A stretch of DNA of 64,000 nucleotides, taken from Dicyema japonicum (taxonomy: Eukaryota > Animalia > Dicyemida). Each line of letters starts with the position of its first letter. Position 1 is the first letter of the stretch. The notes below the pieces were generated by a model. The model made no database searches. It saw nothing but the letters and a program-made list of their open reading frames with translations, and was not told the origin of the DNA. The translations under genes were made by a program, and so were the position numbers. Shown here one piece after another: positions 36,251 through 48,299 of the stretch. The stretch spans positions 1,794,657 to 1,858,656 of the forward strand of contig RDEW01000005.1 of NCBI GenBank assembly GCA_011109175.1, given 5' to 3'.

Positions 36251-36347
36251 GTGGATGTCTAGCTTAAAAACGAATAAGTCAAAAATCACCAGATTAATTG
36301 ACAAAAATCGCCATACTTATTAAAATAAAAAAATTATTAAATTTAAA

Positions 36348-37166
36348 TCAGTCCCTTGTAAGTTCTTCTAAGTAAACTTCTTTGAGCGGTTTTTTAAGGT
36401 AAAAATTGTTATCCTTCTTCCATTTTTCGACTGCCTCTTCCAAAGTAAGCCCAATCCACTCACATTCGGATTTCTAATGTACATAACTCATCCCCAACTG
36501 TGTGGACCAAATATTTCTTGTACGTGTCAAATACGTGGGTTCTTTCAGGATTTGATCGGCATTCAGGCCAGTCGTGGAGACAAAGCAGCATCTCCCGCTT
36601 TAAATCCCAGGCTAGTTTCGAGTTCAAATCAACCTCGTGAGTCTTAAATAAACAAATATGTCCCTACACTCAAAATGTAGTGATCAAGGCCAAAGTGTTC
36701 GTCCAGTTTGTCCAAGGTCCTGGAAGTGACTACGACCAGCATTTTACGTCCTAGTATTTCGCTTATCAACACTCTCTTTGACAACTCGGGTACCAGGCCT
36801 TCCCAAAACTAGAGGTGATGAGTTAGAATACGGTCTCGCATATTTTGGAGCGTCCCTTCGCTTAGTGAGGCCTAGGACGACTCCCTCGTTGCCCCAAATT
36901 CCGCGGTGTCGTTCATGTGGTTGGTAAACGTTAACGGGGACATTCTGAACTGGAATTCTAACAATGAGTTATTAGTGGTACTTTTCCTTTGTTTTCTCGT
37001 CGAGTTTCCATTTTCCAGGCTCGGCTATATAATGGACAGGCTCTGGCTGTTTCGTCAACCGTTCGAATAGCAGATTTTGGTAGAATTGAGGCAGCTTAGG
37101 TAATATTTGTCTCTCTTCTACAGTCAGCCTTGAAACGAAATATTTTGACCATATGACTTTGCTCAT
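36348..37166 (-). CDS. MRPL28: Mitochondrial ribosomal protein bL28m (long, animal-type); 4 introns of 23-25 nt
   Basis: PEPVHY, RGIWGNEG, KAWVPEL..SEIL, VTSRTLDKLDEHFGLDHYIL, DLKREMLL, EWIGLTLEEAVEK. One G must be restored at ~36793. Confidence 0.9.
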
Positions 37167-37264
37167 AACAATTTCACAAATTTGAATTTATTATTTATTT
37201 ATAAGTTTATTATATTATTTTTTTATTGGAATAAGATTTAAAGAGCCAGACAATAATAATAAGA

Positions 37265-37640
37265 CAAGATCCAAATGATTTCGCGTTTATTATTTAACAC
37301 CCAAGACCACGGTAAAACCAAAACTAACTATCACGTGATCCCGATGCGCTCCGCCAAAATCCTCATTCTTTCCCGGTGCTTCTCCCTCGTACCCACACAA
37401 GCTCGTACAGGGCGGCTGACTGTATTTGCAGGGTCACCTTCCCGCATGCCTGAGTTTTGTTAAATGAGGGCTTCTAGAGTAGTCAGTCCGGTTCTGTGTC
37501 TCCCACAAGACCACCGCTCCGTCATTCTGAAAGCGTTTAAATCTCGCTGCTGTCCATTCCGTACGAATAATAATAAGAGACAGACCCATGGCGTGATATA
37601 TAAGATTTAAGGATGTCTTTGACAAGACTATACATTAATG
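37265..37640 (-). mobile_element. LINE 3' end (GIT* subfamily A)
   Basis: accaagaccacggtaaaaccaaaactaactatcacgtgatcccgatgc is nearly identical to 4240-4290. Confidence 0.85.
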
Positions 37641-38719
37641 GAAATAGCGATCCTATCGACTGGTCTAAACGATTAAACGAGCAGCGTCATTTTTGCAGAA
37701 CACGATTAATTTGTTCAAAATTCCAAAAGCTTGAATTGAAATTTCTCAGATATAAAAATCTAAAATAGAAGAAGAATTGAGGCTTTTTAAGGAACATTAA
37801 AAAATTTTAAACGTGAAAGTAAAAAAATCGGGTAATGTCAAAATTTAATTTGTAGGTCAATAAAGTCAAAATTTTTATTGATTTTGATTTTTAAATTTTC
37901 GAGTTTTTAAATAAAATACTAGCGTGGGATCAATTATCATCATTCACCATGTGCCGCGTTCAATCACATTGAAAAGATTAACTCTGTTTATAACCTGATG
38001 ATTTTTCTATCAACTCACAAGGAAATCTTTTTTGGAATTTATGTGGGACATTTGTAACTATGGAACAACTTGACACTTAACAGAGGCCAACTAAGAAAAC
38101 TCCTTGGATAGTCTTCAATTTTCTCTTCCCATCTGCTGACAAATGGGTCGATAATTCATATGTCAATACCTATTGGAAGAATTTCTGATCCCAAGAAAAT
38201 ATTTTTAATATCTTGTCGTCCTTGTCTTCTGCGGCTAACTCTTCGGTTATCTGTCAGATTAATTGATGATGTTCTAAGGAATTTTGCGATAGATCACGAG
38301 ACGCGGTAGAACACATTCGCATTTCGGGGGCGATTTATGTGGAATCAGGAAGTACTGGAATCGAGATTATCGGTCAATCAAGTACTCTCTACCACAAAAA
38401 TGGAAAAACAACATATTTCTCCATATGTATACGACTATCTGAAAAAGTATCCTTCCACATCGTTATTTGTTAAGAGAAATTATTCTTTATTAGAAAATTA
38501 CTATTAAAGACAGAAATTTTAAAACGAAAACGTTTTGAATTACATTATTCTGCATAACCGTTTACTATTTTTTCTTAATAAAAATATTTATTATTCGGTA
38601 TTTTAAATTTGAAATTTTAAAGTCAATAAAGTCATTTTTAGGTCAAAATTTTTTGATTTATAGTCAGAATAAAATTCGCCCTAGTCATCAATAAAGGAGA
38701 ATGTCCACACATTCTCTTC

Positions 38720-39900
38720 AAGGAACCTATTGGCAGACTCCGAAAAGCTCACCTACAAATCCCAAAACCATGAGAAGCCAACACCGACTATCTCGGACAC
38801 TAAGAGATTAAGAAGTGCGACCCGTCGAAAACTTTCGGAAGGTGGAATCTGTGCTGCCGTGAGGTTCCTTGCAGATCAACACTGTATAATTGAACAGTCC
38901 TACGCATCACTTGTTGAGCGACACCCAAGTCCCCCTACGACCACCGGATTCCTCCTTGCTCAGGACAATTACCTAATCTACTTGTCTCTGAAGAGGACGT
39001 AAAAGATGAGATTCTCTCTTTCGTCCCGAGCAGCAGTCGAGGACTAAATTGGTTCCGTCCGGTGCACCTCAAAGACCTCATTGCTCATAACACGGGCACT
39101 CTGGGGTCCGGCTCGTGTTGGCTATCACCAAACTAATGAACAGGATGCTATCGGGGACACTACCAGAAACAATTCGACACTCAATATTCTCCGCCAAGTT
39201 AATCGCATTCAACAAGAGGGGGAGGAATACGCCCTATTGCTGCTAGCTTGGTTTTTCTTTGGTTGGTCTCAAAGCTTGTATGCAGAGAAATCCTGCCTAT
39301 GTTGATAACACTGCTACAACCAACCCAAATAGGGTCGGCACACCCGGGGTTGTGAAGTGGTAGTTCATGCTATCCAAACATTCATTGAAAAGAACGAGAG
39401 CATTCCTCACGTAATCGTCAAATTGAAATTAAAAATGCCTTCAACTCGATACGATGTGATACAATTCTGACGGATTGCTTCACATACTACCCATAGTGTA
39501 CAGCTATATTCATAGCTCGTACGGAAAACCATCCAGTCTGGTACACTGCCATATTACATTCCATCTGGAATCTAACAAGGAGACCTACTGGGTCCTGCCT
39601 TGTTCAGCCTGGGAATTGCCTGTATCAAAGGATATTGATCTACTTCTCTGAGAGTATGGTATCTTGATGATTGCACCAAGGGCGGCCATCCGAAGGATGT
39701 AATAGATTGTTTGAAAAGTCTGATAGTCCAAATGGAATACCTATGCCTAAATGGGACTTGATCCTTGCGATGTTAAGAGAGATCATTCCGAAAACCACAG
39801 ACACCAAAGCAGAACAACTGGAAATACTTGGATGCCCACTTACTGATGCTGCCCACGTTACCCATAAGGAGATGATACATAAGATTCCGCTTGGGCCGTC
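38720..39900 (+). mobile_element. CRE-like retroelement RT domain (frameshifted)
   Basis: EGGICAAVRFL, RPVHLKDL, GGIRPIA, GCEVVVHAI, NAFNSIR, G(I)QQGDLLGPALFSL, VWYLDDC. Confidence 0.88.
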
Positions 39901-40100
39901 CTCTTCACTATCTGTGTTGCAATTTTCTCCATGTAACTTTCGCACATCTCCACAGTTCATCGAAATCCATGCATAAGGTCTCCTGTTTAGAGTTAGTAGC
40001 AAGTCCTCTGACGTTAAATTTGCAATTGCAAACGAGGTAAAATAGACAGTTTGAGAGTGCGATAAAGACAGACATTATTAGAGAGGAGTCAGTATCCAAC
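39900..40100 (-). mobile_element. RTE-type APE N-terminal fragment
   Basis: 'FNVRGLATNSKQETL' parallels the RTE starts at ~32090 and ~58665. Confidence 0.5.
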
Positions 40101-40161
40101 CAACAAAATTTTAATTAATTAAACCTAATTAATTAATATTTAATTATTTAAAATTATTGAG

Positions 40162-40643
40162 ATGTTTGGTTTTAGTGACATTCAAAGTATTAAGGCATAA
40201 TAAATTTATTAGAGATCGGAATTTGGTTGGTCGTGTCTGGAGTTTTCTTTTTTACAGTCGGATTATTTATTTTAAATAGAAAATTGATATCCTTTGGAAA
40301 CGTATAGTTTTTCTTACTCTTAGTTCTCCATAATATGTGGAATTGTTTGTATAATTGGCTTAATGGGGTCCACCAGATTTTTCTTTCAGCGTCGTAAGGT
40401 ACTGCCTACTGGGGCATTCTTTTTTGGCATCATCCTCATTTTTTTTCGGTGGACATTGACTGGAATAATTATTGAGCTCTATGGATTGGTTACTCTGCTT
40501 AAGTATCCAACTATCTTCATTTTAGGGGGTTTCTTCCAGTAATGCTCCGTTTTGGAACGGGTGTCCCTATTTTGGGAAATATCATGAGGACACAATTTAT
40601 CACAAAGTTTGTTGATAAAATTCACGGGTCTCCGATTGTGTAA
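40162..40643 (+). CDS. GOLT1B: Vesicle transport protein Got1/GOLT1; introns 40187-40212, 40302-40323 and 40503-40525
   Basis: MFGFSDIQKIG...FGN..GIVCIIGL..TRFFFQRRK..TGAFFFG...ELYG..LLKGFLP...VPILG matches Got1 family motifs; frame intact. Confidence 0.9.
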
Positions 40644-40744
40644 TTTTATTAAATTTAATATTTATTCGGTCTTTGACTTGTTTTTTGGGCTTAAGCTATT
40701 TTATAAAAAATAAATTATTTTTTTCTGTTCATTACTGGCTTCCG

Positions 40745-40980
40745 GGTGGCTAAGTGTAATGAGTTCTGGATTAAAATCATGAGGTCCCCGGTTCGAATCT
40801 CGCTGCTGTCTATTAGGTTTAAGGTTCCACACATCTAAGATACTTTGGAGTTGACGCCGTCATCAGTGTTTCAACACTGGGGAACTGGATTGTCTTCTGG
40901 AACTCACATACAAACAAATAGAAAAAAACGATAAATCAAAAACACTTTCAATGTCTTGGATATACCTCGGATTAGTTAAC
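40745..40980 (+). mobile_element. tRNA-derived SINE-like element (tRNA-like head + LINE-like tail) or tRNA pseudogene
   Basis: A-box tggctaagtg and B-box ggttcgaatc with tRNA-like spacing, but no intact acceptor or anticodon stem; downstream 40835-40965 aligns to 47015-47140. Confidence 0.55.
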
Positions 40981-42164
40981 ACTGTTCTTAATTCTTAAAA
41001 TCAAGTTTGAGTTCTGCCTAAAGTTCAAGTAATGGAACACTACCTACTCCTTGTCGGAAGGGCTGTGCTTTTTTATTTACTACTTGGTCAAAAGGCTTTT
41101 TTGATCCATTCCAGTGCAAAGATGGCATTCTCATTGGATGAATTTATTTGGAGGGTTCCACAAATGTCATCTGTTGGACGTTTGTGTCAATGGATTTATT
41201 TTGCTACTTCATTCTTTCTCAGGGTGTCCGTCAGAAGGGATATAAATATTTAAAAAATCAATTTATTTAAGAGTCGTCGTTTTCCTCTGAGGCTTTCCTT
41301 CCACATTTTATAGTAATGAGCTTTGTATTGTGTTATCCCCTGATTCCAGAGACCAATCAAATAAAGATATGTCATCCTTAATATATTAAAATATTCATCA
41401 TGGCGTCGGGTACTTAAATTAAGACAAGGAGCTATTGTGGCTATAAATGTACCTCTTTTAACAATTAGCGTATGATTCTTGTGAGGATATGCTTTTATGA
41501 ATGTGGACAGAAAGTGAGATTGACTTGGATTTTATTCACACCCAGTATCTTCAAGTGGAAGAAACTGATGGCTTTACAGAAAAGTAACAACCAAAAGAGG
41601 ATACTCCCGGAGATCGATGTAGCGCAAAAATCGATTCGGACCAGGAAAATAAAAGAGGTGCTCCGTCTTGTGGTATTTTAAAATGCAGAGAGGCAAATCG
41701 TCGAAACCGATCTTCCGTGTCTTCATATAGTCTTGTGAGGTTATATGGCGACCGCATTGGATGATGATATAACGGATAAGCTAGCAGATTAATTTAAATT
41801 CAATTTATTAACCTCCAACACGTCGAGAAAATTAGGCAGTCTCAACCAGATTTGTCATCCTGTCCTTGTAAGCCTTTGCGATCCAACGCGAATTTAGGGG
41901 TGATGTATACCCTTCTTGTAAGACACGTCTTTCCTATGTACTGTTGGGAGCTGGATTGCCTACACAGGGCAGAAAATCCCTTCCTATTTTGTCAGATAAG
42001 GTCTTCAAGTGATAAGGAAAGTAGTTTTTATAGTATCCCGAGACTACTAATAGTAGTGGCTGTCAGGGACTTAATGTCGCTGATTGTTTGTTCGTTCGTC
42101 AGGAAAGATTGATTCCCTTGGACGCAAAGGCATAGTTGACAATTTATTTCATTTAAAGGTTAAA

Positions 42165-43090
42165 CGACAACAATAATAACACCAGAGACCACGGTTACAC
42201 AAACTAACTAATCACGTGATCCCAGCACGCTCTAGCAAGGACCTCATCTTGGCCCGATGCTCCTCCCTCGTCCCCACACAAGCACGTATCGGTCGAGTGA
42301 CTGGACCTTTGTAGTCACGACGGCGCGTGTTCCGTGGTTCATTCTTATCAAATTCAAGAGGCATTGGTGGCTGGAGTTCTCCAGAGACCCAGCGTTCCGT
42401 GATTTTGAGGCTCTTCTCCGGCTAGCTTTGATCTTCAAGATATTCGTCCAAGAGATGAGTGGACCCCATATACCGCATGCATAAGAGATGTATGGTTCAA
42501 TGAATTTTTTAAAGATCCTTTGGGATTTTCTGAAAGGAATAACTTTATTGTTTGCCTTCAGTTCGACCGTCCGTCTTCCCAGTCTCTTGTCTGAAGTAAA
42601 TAGGGTTGTGACGGACTTTTCGCTGCTACTAGTTAGGCGATTCTTCGATAGCCACTTGTCAAGCCGGTCCAGAATTTCTTGCAATTTCGAAGTGGCAATT
42701 TGGATGTCTTGATCGCGTGACGCAATGACGATGTCGTCGGCATAAGTTAGAATAAGATCATTTCGGATGCTAAGTGAAATGATCCGCCGTGAATAGGTTG
42801 AATAAAACTGGAGACAAAGGAGATCCTTGGGGAACCCCATTAGGAAGAAGCCGTGAATAGACCTTGACTGACCAATGCAGACGCGTCCCCTCCGACCACT
42901 AAGGAAGTTAGCTAGCCAGAGTTTGAGCTTTCCAGGGATCTTTATTTGGTAATTTTTCCAAGTAAAAATCCGCCTTGACACAGAATCGAAAGCCTTGTGG
43001 ACGTCTATGAAGCAAAGTACAATCTTCATGTGTCCCGGCCTGTGCGAGAAACCATATCGTATAAAGTTAGTCAATGCAGATAAGTGGGTC
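42165..43090 (-). mobile_element. 5'-truncated LINE with most of the RT domain
   Basis: ORF 42244..43074: GF, FIDVHKAFDSV, LKLWLANFLSGR, LTYADDI, KWLSKNRL; GIT* end at ~42210-42225. Confidence 0.9.
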
Positions 43091-43194
43091 GAAGTAGTGA
43101 TAACTAAAATTTATAAATTTTAATAATATATGATTATAAAGTTAAAAAATAAAAAATAATTTAAAATTAAATACATAAAACACGCTCGTTGTTT

Positions 43195-44077
43195 ATGACA
43201 CAGGTTTCTGCCACCTGATTTATTGCGTCTATTTGTGCCTCGTGAGCCTCTCACCTATCTTCCACCAATTGGTAAACTTCCTCATGAGAAGAAACGCAAT
43301 GATTATTGTGGATTGGGAAATATATGCAATACTTTGAGGATCCTAAAGATACTCCTGCTCCAACACGTGCTGAAACTCGTGAAGAACGTAGAGAACGAAA
43401 AAGAAAGGAGAAAGTCGAGGCACATGCCACAAAACTGGCAGAATCAATCGCAGACTGGAATCCGACTAATAATGAAAAAGCCACCAGGAATCCCTACAAG
43501 ACACTCTTTGTCGGAAGATTGGTATCCCGTCCATTTTACCTTAGAACTACGAGACCACGGAAAGCAAACTCAAGAGAGAATTCGAGTTTTATGGCGGGTT
43601 AAAAAAGTGCGGATTTTGAGGGTCTTGTAACGTAGATTGTAATGGTAAGCGATTTGGCCGGTAAGTCACGTGGCTATGCGTTCATAGAGTTCGAAAGAGA
43701 ACGTGATATGGAAGGTGAGTTCCCATGTTGTTGCTTTATTAGCCGCTTATTCACGCGCTGACGGAATGAAAGTTGATGGTCGCAGAATTGTGGTGGATAT
43801 TGAGCGTGGGAGGACTGTTGATGGGTGGAAGCCGAGACGACTGGGTGGAGGACTTGGGGGGACCAGAATTGGTGGGCCTCGCCAGAATATAAATATTTCT
43901 GGCCGGGACAGACGGTTTGGATTCTGAGTGATGGCAGAGGAACATTTCAAGGAAGAAAGAGTCCAGTCACGATGGAAAACGGCATCATTCTGATAAGGGA
44001 CATCGATCGTCTCATTCTAAAGTTCATCAGTATGGTTATTCCAGTCACATCATCGTTCCTCTCATAAACGTCGTTGA
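43195..44077 (+). CDS. SNRNP70: U1 snRNP 70 kDa protein; 3 introns of 23-29 nt
   Basis: [92 protein letters not shown]. Needs corrections at 43203-43204 (extra G), ~43318 and ~43596; tail frame uncertain. Confidence 0.93.
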
Positions 44078-44599
44078 TTTCAAGTCTTCGTTTGATTTTT
44101 TAATATTTCACTGGTGTTCTTATGTTTTTAAATTCGGTTTTTTATATTTTATGTGAAAATTAGCTACTAACATCTCCTTACTTAAGCTATTGAATAATAG
44201 GTACTTTTACGTAATCCATGGTACTCATAACCCTCCACGTGGAGTCAGTCCCTGGCACGTTCCTGTTACCCATTCTCATATATGTCCCAACATATAAAAT
44301 ATTGAATGTAAGTGGTTGATTAGTAATATAGGTGGGTGCTATGTTTGCTCCATAAAAATTGTACCTGTTTCACGATGAATGCGACCTTATCTTTATTTTT
44401 CTTGTGTGCGTGGACGAATGATCATTTAGAGAGGAGAGATACATGAAGTTTTGAATTAGGGAAGCATCGGATACGCGAAAACTTTTGGTCTACACACAAT
44501 AAGAACTTGGAAATGGATGTCATTGCTATTAATATAGTACAGAATGTAAAATAAATGAATTATCAGAGGACGAACACCATGGAAATTTCATTTCTCCAC

Positions 44600-46450
44600 G
44601 CTCTCCTTGAGAAGGCAATTTCGAAGCAAATCTAGGTCGTATGCATTGTTGAGTTTCTTTTTTCCCAACACCTTCAAGAATTGAAATTGGGAGATAGTAG
44701 CGCGTGAACGTCCACTATATCCACGACTGCTCTGGAAGTAAGTTTCTTTAGCATTTTTTTGCCGGAACAGCTAGGTCCATTCTTAGGATGTCCAAATAAC
44801 TTCCACCTCTCCCCTTTTGCCCGTTAATTCGATCTGCTGTGAATTGCACATCCACACAGCTCTTTGTTACAAATCTTTTTTGGAATCCGTAGTTGATTTC
44901 TGTGGTAGAAGTTTATTTTTGTTGCTAAAGTTTTCCTTCTTTTTATATCTTCCTAGTCTCCCTAGTCTTATATTTTCCTAGTACTCACTCTTCTCCATGT
45001 TACTTCAGCAGATTGGACCTCTTTTTTTCACTATGTTATGTACGTTTTTTCGATATTTATTTGCAATTACCATTTATCGAATATTCGGTTGCACGTTTTA
45101 GGATGTTTTGTATATCCCCCATCTTTTCGGAAACATAGTATATGTCGTCAGCATAGAAAAGTTATGTATGTCATATGATCCAATTTTGTACCTAGTCCAC
45201 AAAGTATCGCTTCAAAGTAGATAGAGAACAAATTCGGAGATAAGGAATCCCCTGTGGTACCCCCAACATGAGTAGAAAACATTTCAGACCGTTCAGGGCC
45301 GACTTGGATTCGAAGATCTGTGTCTGTCCACAGAACTCTTATCATCTCTAGAGAATTCTCGTCCAGTATTGTTTCGAGTATGTTTATTAATTTTACCCAG
45401 TTTACTGTGTCTCTTGAGGAGTAGATCCCGAGAATATGTATTTCCTTCCTGCATCACTGTGTCATAGAGCATCTCCATCGATTGGCCCATGAAATGTCTG
45501 AAGTGAATCGACCGCTCCTGAATCCGCTTGTATTGGCAGATAAGTATTCTTCCACCGCCGGACTTATTCTTTTAAGCACAACATTTAAGAAAATCTTCCT
45601 TATTGAGTTCAGTAGTATGATTGGCCAGAGGTTTTCGACAGGGCCGATTTCTGGTTTTTGGACTGGGATTAGAAGGCCTTCTCCAAGTGGTAAAGGTATA
45701 TGCGTTTCAAACATTTTTTAAATAAATTTTGACAAATTTTTGGGTCAATAATTCAGAAGCATTTTTATGAGTTCTTCATTTAATGTCAGCATTTGTGTTC
45801 AATCATTCAACGAGATCCTCGTGCCATGATGTTTATGTGTTTTTGAATTACTCCTTGGCTAGTTAATTTGAAATGAGAAATGGCTGCTTTGTGATCGTTG
45901 AGAGCAATGTGTTTCAATAACATTCTTTTTCATAATTTGTAAGTAGGTATATTTCATCTCCTCTTTTGCTCTGACCAATCCAGGTCGTATGTTTTTTTGG
46001 GTGTTTGAAAACAGAATTGCATGTGAACAACCCAGCCGCCGTACAGAAGTAAGCAAGTGCATCTCCATTGGCGTTTCTTTTGCCTCGTTGTGACGTCCAA
46101 TGAAATTTTCATCATTACGACGTCTTCCAACTTTTTGGTTCCAATCCCCAACAATAAAACATAATGGCATCCATGGATAGTTCGAGAGTCGAATACAGCA
46201 CATTATAGAATGAGCAACTTAATGTGGATTTTTCGCACAAACATGTATTATTGTTGCTAATTTAATGCTCTGATGCGCCACAAAGCCCATTCCATAGTGC
46301 CTACGGTCCGGTCCCAGAAACCAAATCTGTATTCCCCATAGTCTTCATCCAGTTGGGCGGATACTTTAGTTTCCTGGCAAAGCTGATTTTTTCGTATTTC
46401 AGAAATGATTCCTTTCACATTAAAATGAGTTATTTTTTCTAACAAACACC
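44600..46450 (-). mobile_element. Decayed RTE-clade LINE (APE, RT, C-terminus)
   Basis: IVGDWNQKVG, LLIPVQKP..PIILLNSIRKI, SGFRSGR, GDSLSPNLFSIY, YADD (~45150), WKLFGH. Confidence 0.85.
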
Positions 46451-46569
46451 GAGCTTATCCATTAAATGAAAGAATTCTAGAAATTATTATTAAGCCAAAA
46501 ATCACCAGGTAAAAACTAATTAAAAGGAAAACATCATCAGGTGATCTCTAACATAATACAGAAAGTTTG

Positions 46570-46700
46570 ATCCGATGCCATGTCCAATGAGAAGAGCTGT
46601 ACAGGATTCTCGACCCCGCCGGACTCGTCCTCTCTCTTGTCGGTCTGGGATCACTTAGTTGAGAACTTTTATTTCTTTATCCTGGGAGTAATAATAGTAG
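46570..46700 (+). mobile_element. LINE 3' end, subfamily C
   Basis: Matches 21540-21660 (-) and 63480-63590 (+). Confidence 0.8.
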
Positions 46701-47009
46701 CTAATTCATAAATACCTTAATAAGACTATGACGCAGAAAACTCTTCGTTTTCTAATTAGTTTTAAACTCTTTTTTTCAATATAGTTATCTCCAAATTCAG
46801 GTAAAGTCTCAGTACCCCAGGACAAGCAAAGAGATCTTGAACTTTTCTTCTACACAAATATGAACTATGTTCACACCATAGGCGTGCGAGTCTAGCCTTT
46901 GAAACGATGACTGTCTCAGTACTTTATTGTCTTCTAGACCCTTTATGACACGAATAAACATGAATTCTTTCAGTTTAGCTTATCCGGAGGTGAGATTTTC
47001 TGGAGTCGC

Positions 47010-47170
47010 ATCTAAAATGCTTTGGGGTTGACGAGTGACGCCGTCATCAGTGTTTCATCACTACGAAATTGGATTGTTTTCTGGGACTCGCATACAAACA
47101 GAAAGAAAAGAACGATAAGTCAGAACACTTTCAATGTCTTGATTATGCCTTGGGGGATCACCGGGATCAC
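47010..47170 (+). repeat. LINE/SINE tail shared with the tRNA-headed element at 40745
   Basis: gacgccgtcatcagtgtttca...aacactttcaatgtcttg; ends in a tandem gggatcacc duplication. Confidence 0.7.
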
Positions 47171-48210
47171 CGAGAAAGAAAGACAGAAAAACGTCAGACA
47201 GTTAGGTAATCCCAGCTCCACAATATCAAACGAATCATCTATGGTCTCCCGTTGTTCTCACTACCGTGCGAAAGAGCTTTCTCTCATTCCCGCAGAAGAA
47301 TCCGATTGGGGAGGGGAACTTTCTAACCAATCGACTTTCTTTTACCTTGGAAAAGAACAGACTAAGCGGGTTTCCGTCCTCTTTACAGACCCGAAAGAAT
47401 CTGGTTCCGCGACAACGGGTCGCATCTTCCGTTAGTAGGGGACTAACCATTGGTCCAGAATGAGGGCCCATCATAAATATAGTTTTCCGGTATATTGAAA
47501 TGATTATGTGGAGCGTAGTCTCTGATAACGCAAATCTCCATGCAACAGAGGCATATTCCACAGCCAGGGCAATAGTTTGCAACTAGAGTGTTTCAACAGA
47601 AGCATCCAAATTCAAAGGAGTCTCCGGACAAGCGCATGTAACAAGCCTTTATTGAGGACTTTCTTCGCATGTGAGTTGAAATTCAACATCCTGTCGAATA
47701 TTAATCCAAGAATTGAAGGAAACCTTGTTACTGGTATCTGGACAGAGCCAATGAAAATTCTTGGATCTTCTTTTGAACGACGGTCTGAGGTGAAAAGCCT
47801 ACATATTGATTTTTTGGCAAAAATTGTTAGTCGGTTGACAGTCAACCAATCGTAGACGGTGTTCAGTCTCCCCTGTGCATTCGCGGTTGCAACTTGCGTC
47901 GATCGATTTGTGTTGCAATTATTTAATCGTCTGCGTAGAATAATAACAAAAAATTCTTGTCCTCGTAATTTGGTAGATCGAGAAGGAAAAGATTTAAAAA
48001 GTCGGAGAAAGCGGAGACCTTGGGGTACTCAGTTAGGCATGGATCGTGATCTTGATCTAAGATGACCGAAGAAGACACTCCCACGTCACCCAGAGAGAAA
48101 GTTGGCTAACCACAGCTTTAGGTATGCACGAACTTTCGAATCACAAATCTTCCCAATAAGAAGCTTCCTTGTGTCGAAAGTCTTGTTTATGTCGATTATT
48201 GTATGCTTAT
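47170..48210 (-). mobile_element. APE-RT LINE, RT region
   Basis: LKLWLANFLSG, VPQG, TVNRLTIFAKKS..LFTSD, SILGLIFD, VEYASVAW. Confidence 0.85.
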
Positions 48211-48299
48211 AAATTGAAATTAGCACATTAATCGGTAGCTTTATAAATATTTAAAATAATCTAGATGAGAACGTTCAGATGTTATTGCGAAAAACAAAA

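Noticed and set aside
41850-42010. Penelope-like GIY-YIG endonuclease remnant (QQYIGKT)
   Set aside because: A single short motif with no upstream GIY or RT context; too weak to list as a feature.
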